DNA of 63,457 nucleotides from a virus (Duplodnaviria > Caudoviricetes), in IMG/VR virus record IMGVR_UViG_3300032782_000011, positions 1 through 63,457 of that record; one strand, 5' to 3'. Position 1 is the first letter of the stretch. Every line of letters begins with the position of its first letter. The notes beneath the pieces were generated by a model, which made no database searches, was not told where the DNA came from, and saw only the letters and a list, made by a program, of their open reading frames with translations. This document shows, one piece after another, positions 27,278 to 38,009 of this stretch. The translations under genes were made by a program, and so were the position numbers.

Positions 27278-29755
27278 TCAATTCACAGGCCCGTTGACCA
27301 CCACCGCATTCACAGGCACCGCTGAGACAAAAGGCTTACAGTCACCTGTCTCAGCAAGCGACCTGATGATGTGATTCATCGAATCGCACATGGCGCTGGC
27401 CAGCTCGTCGCGTTCCACAAGCCCGCCCACCTTCGCGTTGATTCTATCCATCACCGCATCGGTGAGTATCTCGCTCTCGACCCGCTTGACGGCCTGCACC
27501 TTGTCGCCCTTGCATGAGACAACGATGTCCCTGAGCTTGTCCACCTCGCCGAAGTTAAACAAATCTCCAGCGAGTATCATCTTATGCTGTACCATCGAAT
27601 CCCCCTTTGAGTGCCAAATAGCACCCCTGACACGGCCTGTCGCCAAGCCGTGCTAACGTGCTACTTCATGCACGGTGAGCTTAGATTATGTGAAGTCTCA
27701 ACCGTGGCCACCTTCCCATCGGCGACCACTGAGACATTGACATCGCGAAACGGCCCATCTCCCACGACACTGTAGACCTCGGTTTGCACCGCTCTTCCGA
27801 TGCATGCGAGGTCTTCCTGGTCGAGTTCATCGACAGGCCCGTTAACCGTCGCTGTTATTACTATCTGCTTCACTTTTGGTTGCCTCCTTTCTCAGGAGTT
27901 GAGCACTAATCAACATGAAGGCAGCCAACATGAACACACTAACCGCCTCGTGATGGCATACCACCTCTCCAGCACCCATACCTCCCAGAAAGTATCCAGC
28001 CCTCGTGAGCAGGCCCGCAGCCTTACGCACCACTCACCTCCCCTCGCTCGCTACGCAGCCCCGTAGAGTGAATATCGGCGAGTATTTTCGGCAAAGCCTG
28101 AGGCATGACGACAACACTTCCCAGACTCGCGAGAGGTTGATAGTCCACTCGCTTCTGGATATATCGCTTCGACCACACTTTTGCCGCATCAGTGAGTGGC
28201 TTCAGAACCACGACGCTGCCATAGTTAAACAGCACGAAGTCCATATCCGCTACTGTGAAGTCCAAGGTTCCCCCTTTGAGTGCCAAAAGCAGCACCCATT
28301 GAGGAGACTCTTGCGAATCTCCTCTAGCGTGCTACTTCAGGGCCTTAGGCCGCGACGGGCTGAGAGGCGCTTACAATCTGCACCTTCCAACCTTCGGAAC
28401 GCAGCCCATCGGCCATGTCGTCTTCCGCGCCGATGTTGAGCGGTGCGGTGCGATTCTGAATCACCTCGGCGGGCACGTTCGCCGACATCTCCGCGAAGGC
28501 TTTGTCGTTGCAGGCCCTCACGGTCGGATTGCTGTCGTCGCGGGTGATGATGAAGTCATACTTCCCCACCACCTTCGTGCTTCCGGTGTGCTTCGCGAAG
28601 TGTGCTTTCGTTGACATGGTATTCCCCTTTGTGTGTGAGCTTGTGCTCACCGTGCCCCTTTGGCTAGGCGACACTCATCATGGAGCCTGTCTCCAAGCTC
28701 CATACTGCGTGTCACTCGCCTGTCTTGATGAAGTAGTCGATGCGCTTAGCCGTCACCTCAGCCCGAGCCTTCCGGTCATCTATGGCATCGGAATACTGTT
28801 GCCGATACGGCTCTGGCCAGTTGGCAACGTAGAACAGCTTATCCCGTTGGTCGGTGGTGATTTTGAGCAACTTCATACCCTCAACATCAGCCCTGCCTAT
28901 CAGGTTGTTGAACTCATCCAGGCGCTTCTCGCTCAACCTCGCCCCGATAACCTCAGGGTGATTGAGCATCACCGCCCACCCCGCGATGCAGCCCACAGTC
29001 CCACAACGCGGGCCACCACTATATGGCTTCACCTTCATCCCGAAGAAGCCCATATCCAACCGCTTAGGCTCTTCGAGAATCTGCTTCTTGACCTTTCGCA
29101 GTAATGTCTTATTCATCGTTATCCCCCTTATGTGAGTGCCGCTTGTAGCAGCACCCATCTAGGACACTCGCTTTCCTTCGAATGCCCTAGCTGTGTGCTA
29201 CTTACTTTCGCGCCGACTTGGCAGCATGGAGCGAAGAATCTCCAAATCGTGTGGCTCACCGATTATCGTGCCGTCTCCACGTATTGTGATTCTCAGCCTC
29301 AGCGCCTCAGCGACTCGCACAACCTTGTCGTGCTGAAAGACGACCACCTCCGCACCTCATTTCCTGGTCGCGTGCGCATCGTAACCCATACCGCGCAACC
29401 TCGCGGCACAGGCCAGCGCACTAGACCACAGAGCGAAGGGTAAGCCACTAATGCGCTTCCCTCCCACTGTTATGTGGTACATAGCATTCCCCCTTGAGCG
29501 TAAAGAACGCTCACGGTGGGCACTCTCGACGAATGCCCACTAGCGCGTCCCTTACTTCACCTTGACCACCACCCCATCTTTGACCTCAACCTGCGCGTAC
29601 CAGCGATGGGGCTCAGGGTAGTGCGGGCCTTCTGCGAATTCGGTGCCGTTATCCTTCGGAGCACCAATCCCAGGAGCATAGAGCGTCACCCTGTCACCCT
29701 TCGCCACAGCATCCTTCAGAGCCTTTTTGGTCTTGAAGTTCGGTAGTGTGTACAT
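27278..29755 (-). other. Early genes 27278-27595, 27661-27873, 28023-28265, 28345-28617, 28712-29116, 29552-29755 and others
   Basis: Most have an AAGGGG(G)A RBS placed just after a hairpin. Confidence 0.65.
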
Positions 29756-29822
29756 CTCATTCCCCCTTAGAGCGCAATAGCGCCCATTGTGGAGCCTCTC
29801 TCGAAGCTCCACTAGCGCGCTA

Positions 29823-30332
29823 CTACTTCAGCTCGTCGTCGCCAGCCTCATCGTCTCCGTGCTCTGGCAACTCGACATCGGTAGTGATTGGCGGGTCAGC
29901 CAACCCCATCAGCGGGTCGCGGCCCACATTGGGTTGGTTCGCGAGCCATTCCTGCACCCTGATAGCCTTCTCAGGAGCAGGATTGCCTTTCCGGTCGGCG
30001 AACGTGAGCTTGTCCCAGTTCGCAACCATGAACTCCGCGAGAGAGTCCTTGGCTTCGAGCACCGAAACGAGCTGGTCGGCATACAGCGTAACCGGGAAGC
30101 CTTGCAATCCCAGAATCATGATGCCACCCTTGGCACCGACCTGGAACCTCAAGCCCCGTTTCGGCGCTTCCTGAAGGCGCGCAACCTGAGCCCTGAGAGC
30201 CGCTATCTCCGCATCTCTCGGGTCCACCGATTTCGTCGTCTTCAGAGCCGCAACCTTCGTGGCATCGTAACCGACACCAACTGGCCGCTGAGCCGGATTC
30301 GTAACTTTCGACTGTCCGTTTGTCGTATCCAT
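29823..30332 (-). CDS. Early protein with a KGGIMILGLQGFPVTLY domain and acidic tail
   Basis: AAGGGGGA RBS; motif recalled from small bacterial/phage hypotheticals. Confidence 0.7.
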   Translation of the reverse strand: MDTTNGQSKVTNPAQRPVGVGYDATKVAALKTTKSVDPRDAEIAALRAQVARLQEAPKRGLRFQVGAKGGIMILGLQGFPVTLYADQLVSVLEAKDSLAEFMVANWDKLTFADRKGNPAPEKAIRVQEWLANQPNVGRDPLMGLADPPITTDVELPEHGDDEAGDDELK

Positions 30333-30408
30333 GATGTATCCCCCTTGTGAATTAGCTACTATGACGTAGCCTACGAGGTGCTCAACGCGAGGGTTACTCG
30401 CGTTACTA

Positions 30409-30600
30409 CTACTTCCAGTGTCGTTGGTCTTCGACCGTATACTGCGTAATCCGCTTTAGCTTTTGCCACGCGAATTCATGGGCCATTGGTATCTCTAGCC
30501 CTTGCTTCGTATAGGCAAAGTCTATCTCGCGGAAACGCTCGATTGCCGGATAGAACGTCCGTACCACCTCGATTACTTCATGTCCTGATAGGTCAGTCAT
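30409..30600 (-). CDS. First early gene, hypothetical (63 aa)
   Basis: GGGAGG RBS directly after the structured leader. Confidence 0.6.
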   Translation of the reverse strand: MTDLSGHEVIEVVRTFYPAIERFREIDFAYTKQGLEIPMAHEFAWQKLKRITQYTVEDQRHWK

Positions 30601-30611
30601 GGTGTAACCCT

Positions 30612-31200
30612 CCCACTGAGCACCCCCTAGGCTACGGGTTCGCTGCCAGCATCCTTCGAGCTACGATGCGAATTACCGCACGTCGCGCTCAGTGCCAGAG
30701 CGAACCCCATAACCTTTCACTAAGGGGGGAATCCGTTTCCCGGTACCTAGTGCTCATCAGCCTACGCTGTACTTGGCTCACCGCTCTTACGAGTCAGTAT
30801 CGTCGCCTTGCCTTGTCGCCTGCCATGCCGCACCCTCTACGGGCTATACGCGTTGGGGAGTGTCCCGTGATGGAGTTCGTTCCATACTGCAAGCCAGTGA
30901 CGCCAGCCAGTTCAACACAACACTGACGTATAGCCAAAGGATTATCGGCCTAGCAAGCTATCGCCTGCCTAGACTCTCCACTGTGGGGTAATTGCTGCCT
31001 GTCACTGAGATGTGACGCGGCACACCACCCAATCGTTTTGGGGACGTACAGACTACTTTCAGCATGGCTAAGGAGCTAGTGGTTTCCCGCACTCTCCGGC
31101 ACTCGTTCCGTTGGGCTTACACCGCGTTTCCATGAGGAAACGTCTTACAGGGCCAACGTACTGTGATTAGCCGATAGCCTTTCCCGCACTACCAGCGGCA
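30612..31200 (-). ncRNA. Candidate large structured ncRNA or early 5' leader
   Basis: No credible ORF; many helices including a crossing pair (pseudoknot) and GNRA-capped hairpins. Confidence 0.55.
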
Positions 31201-31399
31201 CCGTACCATGGTTGCAGACTGCCTTACCGGGTATCTAGGATGGGCTATCATGGTGTCCCACCGTGCCCGGTTAACTTGCCACATCGGCGGCTCTGAAGTG
31301 TTCCCAGCCCGCTTGAAACTGGCCGGGGTGAACCGCCGCAACGGACTAGAGCAGTTTGGTACCCATTTCCAGCCCGCTGAAAACAAAGGGTTTAGCCAG

Positions 31400-31800
31400 C
31401 CACCATGGGAAAATAACTGGGCCAAACGGGAAATGAATTGCCATAAACGGGAAAACGCCTGGAGTGCTAGTATTGCTAGTACTAGAGCGATAGGGGTACG
31501 AGGTCGAGAGTGAGGTGCATAGGTCGCGATTCGCTTCCATGCGCCCTACTGCTACTCATAGTCCCAATGTGCGCCATTGTCCATGGTGTGGCAGCATGCG
31601 ACCGGGACATATGAATGATGCGGTCACGAGCCACGACGCGTTGGGTCGTTCCAGTACTACTGCTACTGCTAGTACTCATGGCCGTCGTAGTACTGCCATA
31701 GTACCAGTACTGTCCCTAGTTGTCCGTCTCGGGGGGTGAGAAGTACAGGTACATGTCCCCGTGGCCCCAGCGTCGCGTGGACTATTTTTTATTTTTTAGT
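31400..31800. repeat. Phased short repeats in the divergent control region (candidate terminus/pac/ori)
   Basis: GGGAAA at 31407, 31428, 31449 (21-bp period); AGTACT at 31653, 31671, 31689, 31706; G6 run then T-tracts at 31731-31797. Confidence 0.6.
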
Positions 31801-31878
31801 GGTGCTCATCAGGTGAGGGGGAAACTGCGGATGCGGGTTAGTCACGCGGCTCTCCCTACCCCGCCCTTGGGAGCCTCG

Positions 31879-32690
31879 CTAATCGTGGCCTTTCTTACCG
31901 CTTGTGGTGTTGTCTGATTCGGAGATGCAGACTGCGTTGTGGCTTGACTCTGGCTCGTTGTAGTAGTTGTAGTACTTTCCGTCGTAGTGGACATCGGCGT
32001 TTGGCACGCCATTGGACCCAAGATAAGTACCACTAACGAAACTAGACGTACTAACCGGATACGCGAGCCTGAAACCGTTATCGCACGTAACCTTGGTCTC
32101 CGTTGCAGGCACCTTGCTATAAGTGGCCGGAACGATTTTGATGTCAACTTTCCTCACCCCCTTTCGACTTCTACTTCTGCCCTTAGGTTATATTGCGCGC
32201 CTGAGGCAAATCCGGTTATCTATCACTCCCTCTCGTAACTGAGCTTGCTTGGCTCATGCACCTTGACGACCCCGCGCTGGTGCCGCTGCTCCTTGGGTAG
32301 CGTCAGGACCTTCAAACACACCTCCATGACCGCCATATCGAGCAGCGGCGGCCTCGGTCGGTGTCGGTAGCTGCGAATCTCACGCACCAGCCCTTGGTCA
32401 CTCAGCCGGGAGATTCGCTCTCCATAGTCCTCAAGATTTTCATTCGATTGCATCATCTCATCCTCCTATTCGCATAGTTCACGAAGGTTAGGCAAGCCAC
32501 ACCTCACGCAGACCCTGCGGACGCTAACCCAGTGCATACCGCTTTCCTTATACCTACCCTCAGCGGTCTGCTCCCAGTTCGACCACTTATGGAGCCCGTG
32601 CCGACACCACCAAGAGGCCGGGCTGCTGGCGTGGAGCTTGGCTGCTTCCTCTTGAATGAGCTTCTTCAGCTCCGGCTCTAATTCGTCCAT
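31879..32690 (-). other. Three small genes (31879-32157, 32223-32456, 32466-32690 Cys/His-rich)
   Basis: ORF track; RBSs for the latter two. Confidence 0.5.
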
Positions 32691-32712
32691 AGGCCCCGCA
32701 CCATATCACCTC

Positions 32713-32741
32713 TTGACAAAACGCGCAAGACCCAGTACCTT
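32713..32741 (+). promoter_or_regulatory. Sigma70-type promoter, probably a leaderless transcript
   Basis: TTGACA-17-TACCTT; ATG 8 nt downstream with no RBS. Confidence 0.65.
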
Positions 32742-32749
32742 TCCGAGCC

Positions 32750-33484
32750 ATGGCCTTGCCAGATGAATCGTTGGTCCCGGACATTGACGGCCCAAAGCTC
32801 CATCGCTACATGCAACTCCTCAACCAGCGCAAGTCTATCGATAAGAAAATAAGCATCTTAATCAAAGATTGCGCCATGGTTCCCCGGCCAAAGTGGGGTC
32901 CATGTACGCGCTGTGGCCACTCTTGGTATGGAATGTACCCTAGGCGTAAGCCAGTCTGTTGTGCAGGCTGTGGGACGACTTATTGGCAAAAACCCTACGT
33001 CTCAAAGGCCACCAAGCAACAGGGCCAGCGCATCCGCGAGATTCGTAGCTCGACCGAACCGCCCCCCGTATCCGAGAAGACCAGTCTGGAAAACTGGCTC
33101 GAAGCCGTCTACCGCGAGACTGTCCGCCGCCCCCTCCAGACAGACGGCCCCCTCATCACCCCCTTCGACCGGGGGAGCATCAAAATGACCCCTCCTCCGC
33201 CCCCCGTGGAGCCCGTCATGGTACTGCCGCGCCGCGAAGCCCCTACGCCCGAGACCTTCGTAACCCGCAATCATGAGGAGGAAACTAGTGCTAAGCCCAA
33301 ACCTGATGACGTACACTCTGAACAGCCGCCGCTGGCGGAGGAAGTCAGTGCGCCACCTGCGCTCCCTGATGACGGCTCTCGGTGTTGTGGCTCCCCACTC
33401 ATCGTGGAAGGATTCTGCGTTTCCTGCGGTGCGGGCTTGGAAGTACCGCAAAAGGAGTTAGGCCATGGCGACGACACTCGGTGA
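32750..33484 (+). CDS. Zinc-finger protein with Pro-rich linker (possible regulator)
   Basis: CTRCGHSW...PVCCAGCGT and a C-terminal CCG...CVSCG. Confidence 0.7.
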   Translation: MALPDESLVPDIDGPKLHRYMQLLNQRKSIDKKISILIKDCAMVPRPKWGPCTRCGHSWYGMYPRRKPVCCAGCGTTYWQKPYVSKATKQQGQRIREIRSSTEPPPVSEKTSLENWLEAVYRETVRRPLQTDGPLITPFDRGSIKMTPPPPPVEPVMVLPRREAPTPETFVTRNHEEETSAKPKPDDVHSEQPPLAEEVSAPPALPDDGSRCCGSPLIVEGFCVSCGAGLEVPQKELGHGDDTR

Positions 33485-34589
33485 CTCTACCTACGCGCTT
33501 CTGCGTAACGAACCATCTATTAAGATTCACCACAAAATCGAAGCCACCATCGAGCGCCGCTGGCGCATGGCTTGGAGTGGCAAAGTCGCCTACTGGACCA
33601 AGCAATTCTCAGACAACCCCAACGCCGAGTACCAGTCCCTGCGCACCCTTCACCGGACTCGCATCCTGCACATGCTCCGCTTGGGCATCGAGTGGCCCGC
33701 CATCTACCGCTGCGACCTCGATGACCCCTTGGTCCTAGAGACCATCTGGCGCGACAGTGTAGCCCTCGCTCTCAAACGTCACCTCTCGGCTCGCCGCTCG
33801 CACCAGGAGCAGACCATCGGATTCCGCAAGGGGATTACCCAAAAAAGGAGAAAATCCAATGCCAACGCCCAGTGAAACAGTACCCAACAAGGCCCTTAGC
33901 GGCGCGGAACTTCGCACCATAATGACCGAGCGCTTCAAGCACCTCATCTCCCAGGACTGCATGCTCGCCGACCATCTCGCTTACGGTCGCATCAGTTACG
34001 ACATCACCATTCGCTTACACGTAGACAACCCCTTCACAGTCGGCCCACTGGTCTCCTCGATAGCCTCGCAACCCGTTGGCCGTAATCTGCTCGACGCCAT
34101 GCCAGAAATGGAAGCGGTCGAAGCTGGTCCCCCCTTGACCTCACCCTCTCCCGAGGCAGCTATTAGCGGCTCCCGGTTGACTCACCAGATAACCTCCCCT
34201 AACCGTGAGCGCCTAGCCGTTGGCCTACCCGTCCCGGCAGATGTTCGCCAGCGTGACGGCTCCATCATCACCGAGCAGCTTCGCTACCCCCCACAACCAA
34301 GTGACGAAGGCGTCCAAGTTGAGGACATCACCGCCGAAACCAAGCGCGAACTAGGTGGAAAATGAACATCACCATCGGCTGGCGCTTGCTGGCAACGCTC
34401 CGGCGCATCGCCCTGGCCCATGAGCGCTCCGCCACAGCCCTTGAAGAACTCGCACGCATCCAAACCTCCCGCTGGGAAGCCGAAACAGTTCGCCCAGTCG
34501 CGAGGAAGAAGATGGTCTTCGGCACACTGAGCATCGAAGAAGCGAACAAGGAGTGGGACCGCCGCCTGCGCCAGGAGATTGAAGAATGA
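33465..34589 (+). other. Three hypothetical genes (33465-33875, 33859-34365, 34362-34589)
   Basis: AGGAG RBSs and overlaps. Confidence 0.65.
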
Positions 34590-35251
34590 GCACCCCCCGC
34601 ATCGTCACGGCTCTAGAGCGTGTCGGCACCACCAAGGATGCCGTCAACGCGCAGCCACGCATCACCGAGCAGCTCTCTACCCTGAAGCAGCTCCTCATCA
34701 AGCACGCCCCGGAGGATGCGGCCTTCCAAGGCCCCTATTACTACCTTCATTGCAGTGACGCTCCAGAGGCTCGCGCTATTCTAGATAAGTACTATTCAGT
34801 CCCAAAAACCATCCGTAAGCTGCTACCCATCGAGGCCTTTTGTACAGCAGCAGGTGTCAGTACGCTCAAGGCCCTTGAAGTCATCTACGGCACCGCTGCC
34901 CGTATCGCCCAACAAGGCACCGTCGTCGCTCAAGCCCTCGCCTCAGCCAAGTCCCCCGATGTAGTCGAGATGAGTATGGGATTCGCCAACGACCCGATGG
35001 GCTTCAAAGACCGCGAAATGCTCGCCAAAATCAGCGGCCTCATCCAGCAACCGAAGGGCACAAACATCAAAATCACCCAGAACGCCAACGCCAGCGCGAC
35101 TGCTGTGGCTGCCAGCGCCGCTCCCCCACCTGAGCAGACCATCCGCCGCATGGTGGACCGTTGGAACGACCGGAATCCCCCTGCCCTCGTAGTGGAAGGT
35201 GTAGTGGAAGATGACGATGATGTATCACAAAGTAACGTAATCGACCAATAG
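34586..35251 (+). CDS. Probable terminase small subunit
   Basis: Immediately upstream of TerL; helical with an extended C-terminus. Positional inference only. Confidence 0.5.
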   Translation: MSTPRIVTALERVGTTKDAVNAQPRITEQLSTLKQLLIKHAPEDAAFQGPYYYLHCSDAPEARAILDKYYSVPKTIRKLLPIEAFCTAAGVSTLKALEVIYGTAARIAQQGTVVAQALASAKSPDVVEMSMGFANDPMGFKDREMLAKISGLIQQPKGTNIKITQNANASATAVAASAAPPPEQTIRRMVDRWNDRNPPALVVEGVVEDDDDVSQSNVIDQ

Positions 35252-35274
35252 CCGCTACCCAACCGGGGTATAGT

Positions 35275-37536
35275 ATGTACAGCAAGCGCAAAGTCCAAGA
35301 ACGTCTCGACCTCGCCCGCGAGGAATTCGGTTTCAACCCCGCCGAATGGTACTACTCGACCGAGGAAATCGACAGTTTCAACGCTCAACTGGAGCGTCAG
35401 GGCAAGCTCGTCTACGATGACGTGGGCAAGCCCTCGGGCGTCATCAATCTCACCCCCGCCGACGCCGAATTCATCCGCCACAACCAAGTTCTCGTCATGT
35501 GCGATGCCGTCTACGCCCTCACACGTTTCTGCTACGTAAAAAACGAGGAGAACATCGTCCAGCGCTTTCGCTTTCGCATCCCCCAGCGCCTGCTTTTCGA
35601 CATCATCTGCGACCTGGAAGAGCGCGACGCGGCGATAGAAATCATGATTTTGAAGGCCCGCCAGCTAGGGATGACAACCCTAGTTCAACTTCTCATCGCC
35701 CTGCGCATCATTTTCAGCTACGGCGTAACCGCCGTCACGGGAAGCGCCGACCAACAGAAAACGGGCGAAATGTCGCGCATGCTCCTGTTCTGCTACGACA
35801 TGCTCCCTGTTTGGCTCCGCCCCACCTCGACCTCCCGTATCGAATCTGAGCGTGGCCGCTTGCTCTTCGGCCACCTCGCATCGGGCGTCAGCTTCCAGCA
35901 CGGCACCCAGAAGCACGGTATCGCCACAGGTTCTACCCCAACCATCTACCACCTATCTGAAGTAGCACTCTATGACGACCCTGTGAAGCTCATCGACGAA
36001 GGCCTATGGAAAGCGGTACACGCCTCCGCATCCATTTTCGGCATCCTCGAATCGACCGGACGCGGCAACAAGGGCTGGTGGGCCGAAACGTGGTACTACA
36101 GCAAAGCCAACTGGCCACATGCCCGCATGTGCCCCCTTTTCCTACCCTGGTTCTGCGGCGTAGACATCTATCCCAAGGCCGCATGGCTGCGCATCCGCCC
36201 CATCCCGGACGGCTGGCTCCCGAATCGCGACACTCAGCTCCACGTTGCAAAGTGCAACCTCTACGTCGAATCGAACCCTGCCCTCCGCAAGCACCTTCGC
36301 GACTTCGAAGTGAAGCGTGGCAACCTGCGCCCCGGCGAACCATGGCGCATGCCCCGCGAGCAGCAGTGGTTCTGGGAGATTAATCACAATGAAGCGAAAG
36401 AAAAGGGCAACGAACCCTCCTTCCTGCAAGAAATGGCTGGAGACGATGAGGAAGCACTTCAGAGGTCCGTTGAGAACGTATTTGGCCATGAGGTCATTGA
36501 GTCAATCGACGTGCGCAGGGAGCGCAGCTACACCCTCTGGGGAATCACTGGCCAGTCCATCGAAGACCGCCAAGAGCCCCCTCCACACTACATCGACTAC
36601 TCGAAGGAGCGCATCCCCGTCCGGTGGCAAGGCCGTAAGGAAGAGCAACGCTACTACTGGGAGCTAGTGCCACTGAAGATGTCTCCTCCTCCCCGTGAGC
36701 ACGAACCAGAGGATGTCGCGAATAATCTCATCGTCTTCCACCCCCCTGAGCCCGGCATGGACTACTCCATCGGCGTTGATACCTCCGAGGGCAAGGGCCT
36801 AGACTCGACCGTCATCAGCGTCTGGAGCATTGGCAAGCGCGGCCAACCAGACCTGCAAGTCGCGGAATTCGCCTCCCCCTACGTGAATCACGTCGAAGTT
36901 TACGCCTTCGCATTCGCCATCGCCGCCTACTACGGCCAGTTCATGGGTCAAGGTCGCTCTCGCTGGCCCATGCCCTACCTGACCGTCGAACAAGTAGAAG
37001 CAGTAGGTGACGTGTGCCAAGGTCAGATGATGCGCATGGGCTACCCTTACGCAGCAGTTCACAAATTCGTGCGTCTCGACTCCAGCCCAAAGCGCATCGC
37101 CAAGCAGAAGCGCTCTCAATCCACCAAGCCCGGTTGGTACACGCACGGCTGGTCGCGCCCCATTCTTACAGGCAACTTCGTAGCCTTTGTCCAGAACAAC
37201 TGGGCAGAAGTGAACTCACCATGGTTGCTGGAAGAGATGAAGGAATACGAGGTCCACTACACCGCCCGTGGCCGCGAGAAGATGGAGCACGCCGACGACG
37301 CCCATGACGACCGCATCATGGCCGCTGCGATGGCTGTGTTCTGCCCTCAGGACCTTCGCCTCCTCGCCGAGCGCGCCAAGGTCCGCCATGTCCATACCGA
37401 AGCGCTGCCCCCTATCGACATGGGCACCTACGGTGGCCACACCATCAACCTCAGCTCCCAGCGCCAAACCAGTTCCATCAATCTCGAAGACGTGTTATGG
37501 TACGGCCAGAACGACCTTGAGAGGTTCACCCGATGA
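35275..37536 (+). CDS. terL: Terminase large subunit
   Basis: ILKARQLGMTT Walker A, HLSEVA Walker B, ESTG coupling motif, IGVDTSEG and HDDRIMA nuclease motifs. Confidence 0.95.
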   Translation: MYSKRKVQERLDLAREEFGFNPAEWYYSTEEIDSFNAQLERQGKLVYDDVGKPSGVINLTPADAEFIRHNQVLVMCDAVYALTRFCYVKNEENIVQRFRFRIPQRLLFDIICDLEERDAAIEIMILKARQLGMTTLVQLLIALRIIFSYGVTAVTGSADQQKTGEMSRMLLFCYDMLPVWLRPTSTSRIESERGRLLFGHLASGVSFQHGTQKHGIATGSTPTIYHLSEVALYDDPVKLIDEGLWKAVHASASIFGILESTGRGNKGWWAETWYYSKANWPHARMCPLFLPWFCGVDIYPKAAWLRIRPIPDGWLPNRDTQLHVAKCNLYVESNPALRKHLRDFEVKRGNLRPGEPWRMPREQQWFWEINHNEAKEKGNEPSFLQEMAGDDEEALQRSVENVFGHEVIESIDVRRERSYTLWGITGQSIEDRQEPPPHYIDYSKERIPVRWQGRKEEQRYYWELVPLKMSPPPREHEPEDVANNLIVFHPPEPGMDYSIGVDTSEGKGLDSTVISVWSIGKRGQPDLQVAEFASPYVNHVEVYAFAFAIAAYYGQFMGQGRSRWPMPYLTVEQVEAVGDVCQGQMMRMGYPYAAVHKFVRLDSSPKRIAKQKRSQSTKPGWYTHGWSRPILTGNFVAFVQNNWAEVNSPWLLEEMKEYEVHYTARGREKMEHADDAHDDRIMAAAMAVFCPQDLRLLAERAKVRHVHTEALPPIDMGTYGGHTINLSSQRQTSSINLEDVLWYGQNDLERFTR

Positions 37537-38009
37537 ACGGCAAACTCAGCTCCCTCAGCACGGTAATTTTTTTCGTCAACGGTAAGGACCCAAATTACCC
37601 AGTTGGCTACCACATGCTGGCCCCCTACAGCCAGTTCGAGACCCCGTGGGGATGGGACCGCCGTGAGGCCACCGACCTTCGCGAGGTAGACATGCTCCAA
37701 GCGGTGCTGCTCCGCCAGGAAAAGGAAAAGTGGGAAAAGGAGCTTCTCCACGACGAGGTAGTCTTCGGCAGGCTCCGGGACAAGGTTCGTGACAACCTCC
37801 AGCAGGCACTAACATCCGGCGCGAGCAGCGAGTTTGAGAAAGACTTCATCCGCGAATACCTGAAGCTGCGCATCGAAAAGCGCGAGAAGCACCGTGCCAA
37901 CTTCGAGCATCGCTCTCTCTACCTCCACGCCCGTGAGTTCGACACTCCCAAGGGCCGCGAGATGAACGAAGAGAGCGTCAGTCTCGACCGTTTAGAGGTT
38001 AAACCATAA
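37533..38009 (+). CDS. Hypothetical protein
   Basis: Coupled between terL and portal. Confidence 0.7.
   Translation: MNGKLSSLSTVIFFVNGKDPNYPVGYHMLAPYSQFETPWGWDRREATDLREVDMLQAVLLRQEKEKWEKELLHDEVVFGRLRDKVRDNLQQALTSGASSEFEKDFIREYLKLRIEKREKHRANFEHRSLYLHAREFDTPKGREMNEESVSLDRLEVKP

Larger units (their letters stand above)
25755..29824 (-). repeat. Ten intergenic RNase III-type hairpins (25755-25805, 26272-26323, 26651-26694, 27229-27276, 27616-27666, 28287-28337, 28667-28716, 29147-29202, 29501-29554, 29776-29824)
   Basis: Lower stem, internal loop (often GCUA/AAUGG) and ~10-bp upper stem; 28287-28337 contains AUUC-GCAA-GAGU as in T7 R1.1. Confidence 0.8.

Noticed and set aside
25755-29824. CRISPR or TIGR-like array
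   Set aside because: Repeats are conserved in structure rather than sequence and are separated by whole genes; no Cas or Tas gene (the Cas4-like proteins are ordinary phage nuclease folds).
30658-30690. Group II intron domain V look-alike (GAGC..UGCG GUAAUU CGCA..GCUC)
   Set aside because: Bulge geometry differs; no domain VI, GUGYG 5' end, RT or interrupted gene.
30625-30770. Hammerhead ribozyme (minus strand CUGAUGA...GAAA...CUA)
   Set aside because: Stem I cannot form and stem II is out of register; the same bases pair better as GAGCAC/GUGCUC.
31842-32147. Lipoprotein-like alternative frame (LGPMAC)
   Set aside because: The hydrophobic stretch starts about 30 residues in and overlaps a more protein-like frame (31879-32157); cannot be resolved by eye.
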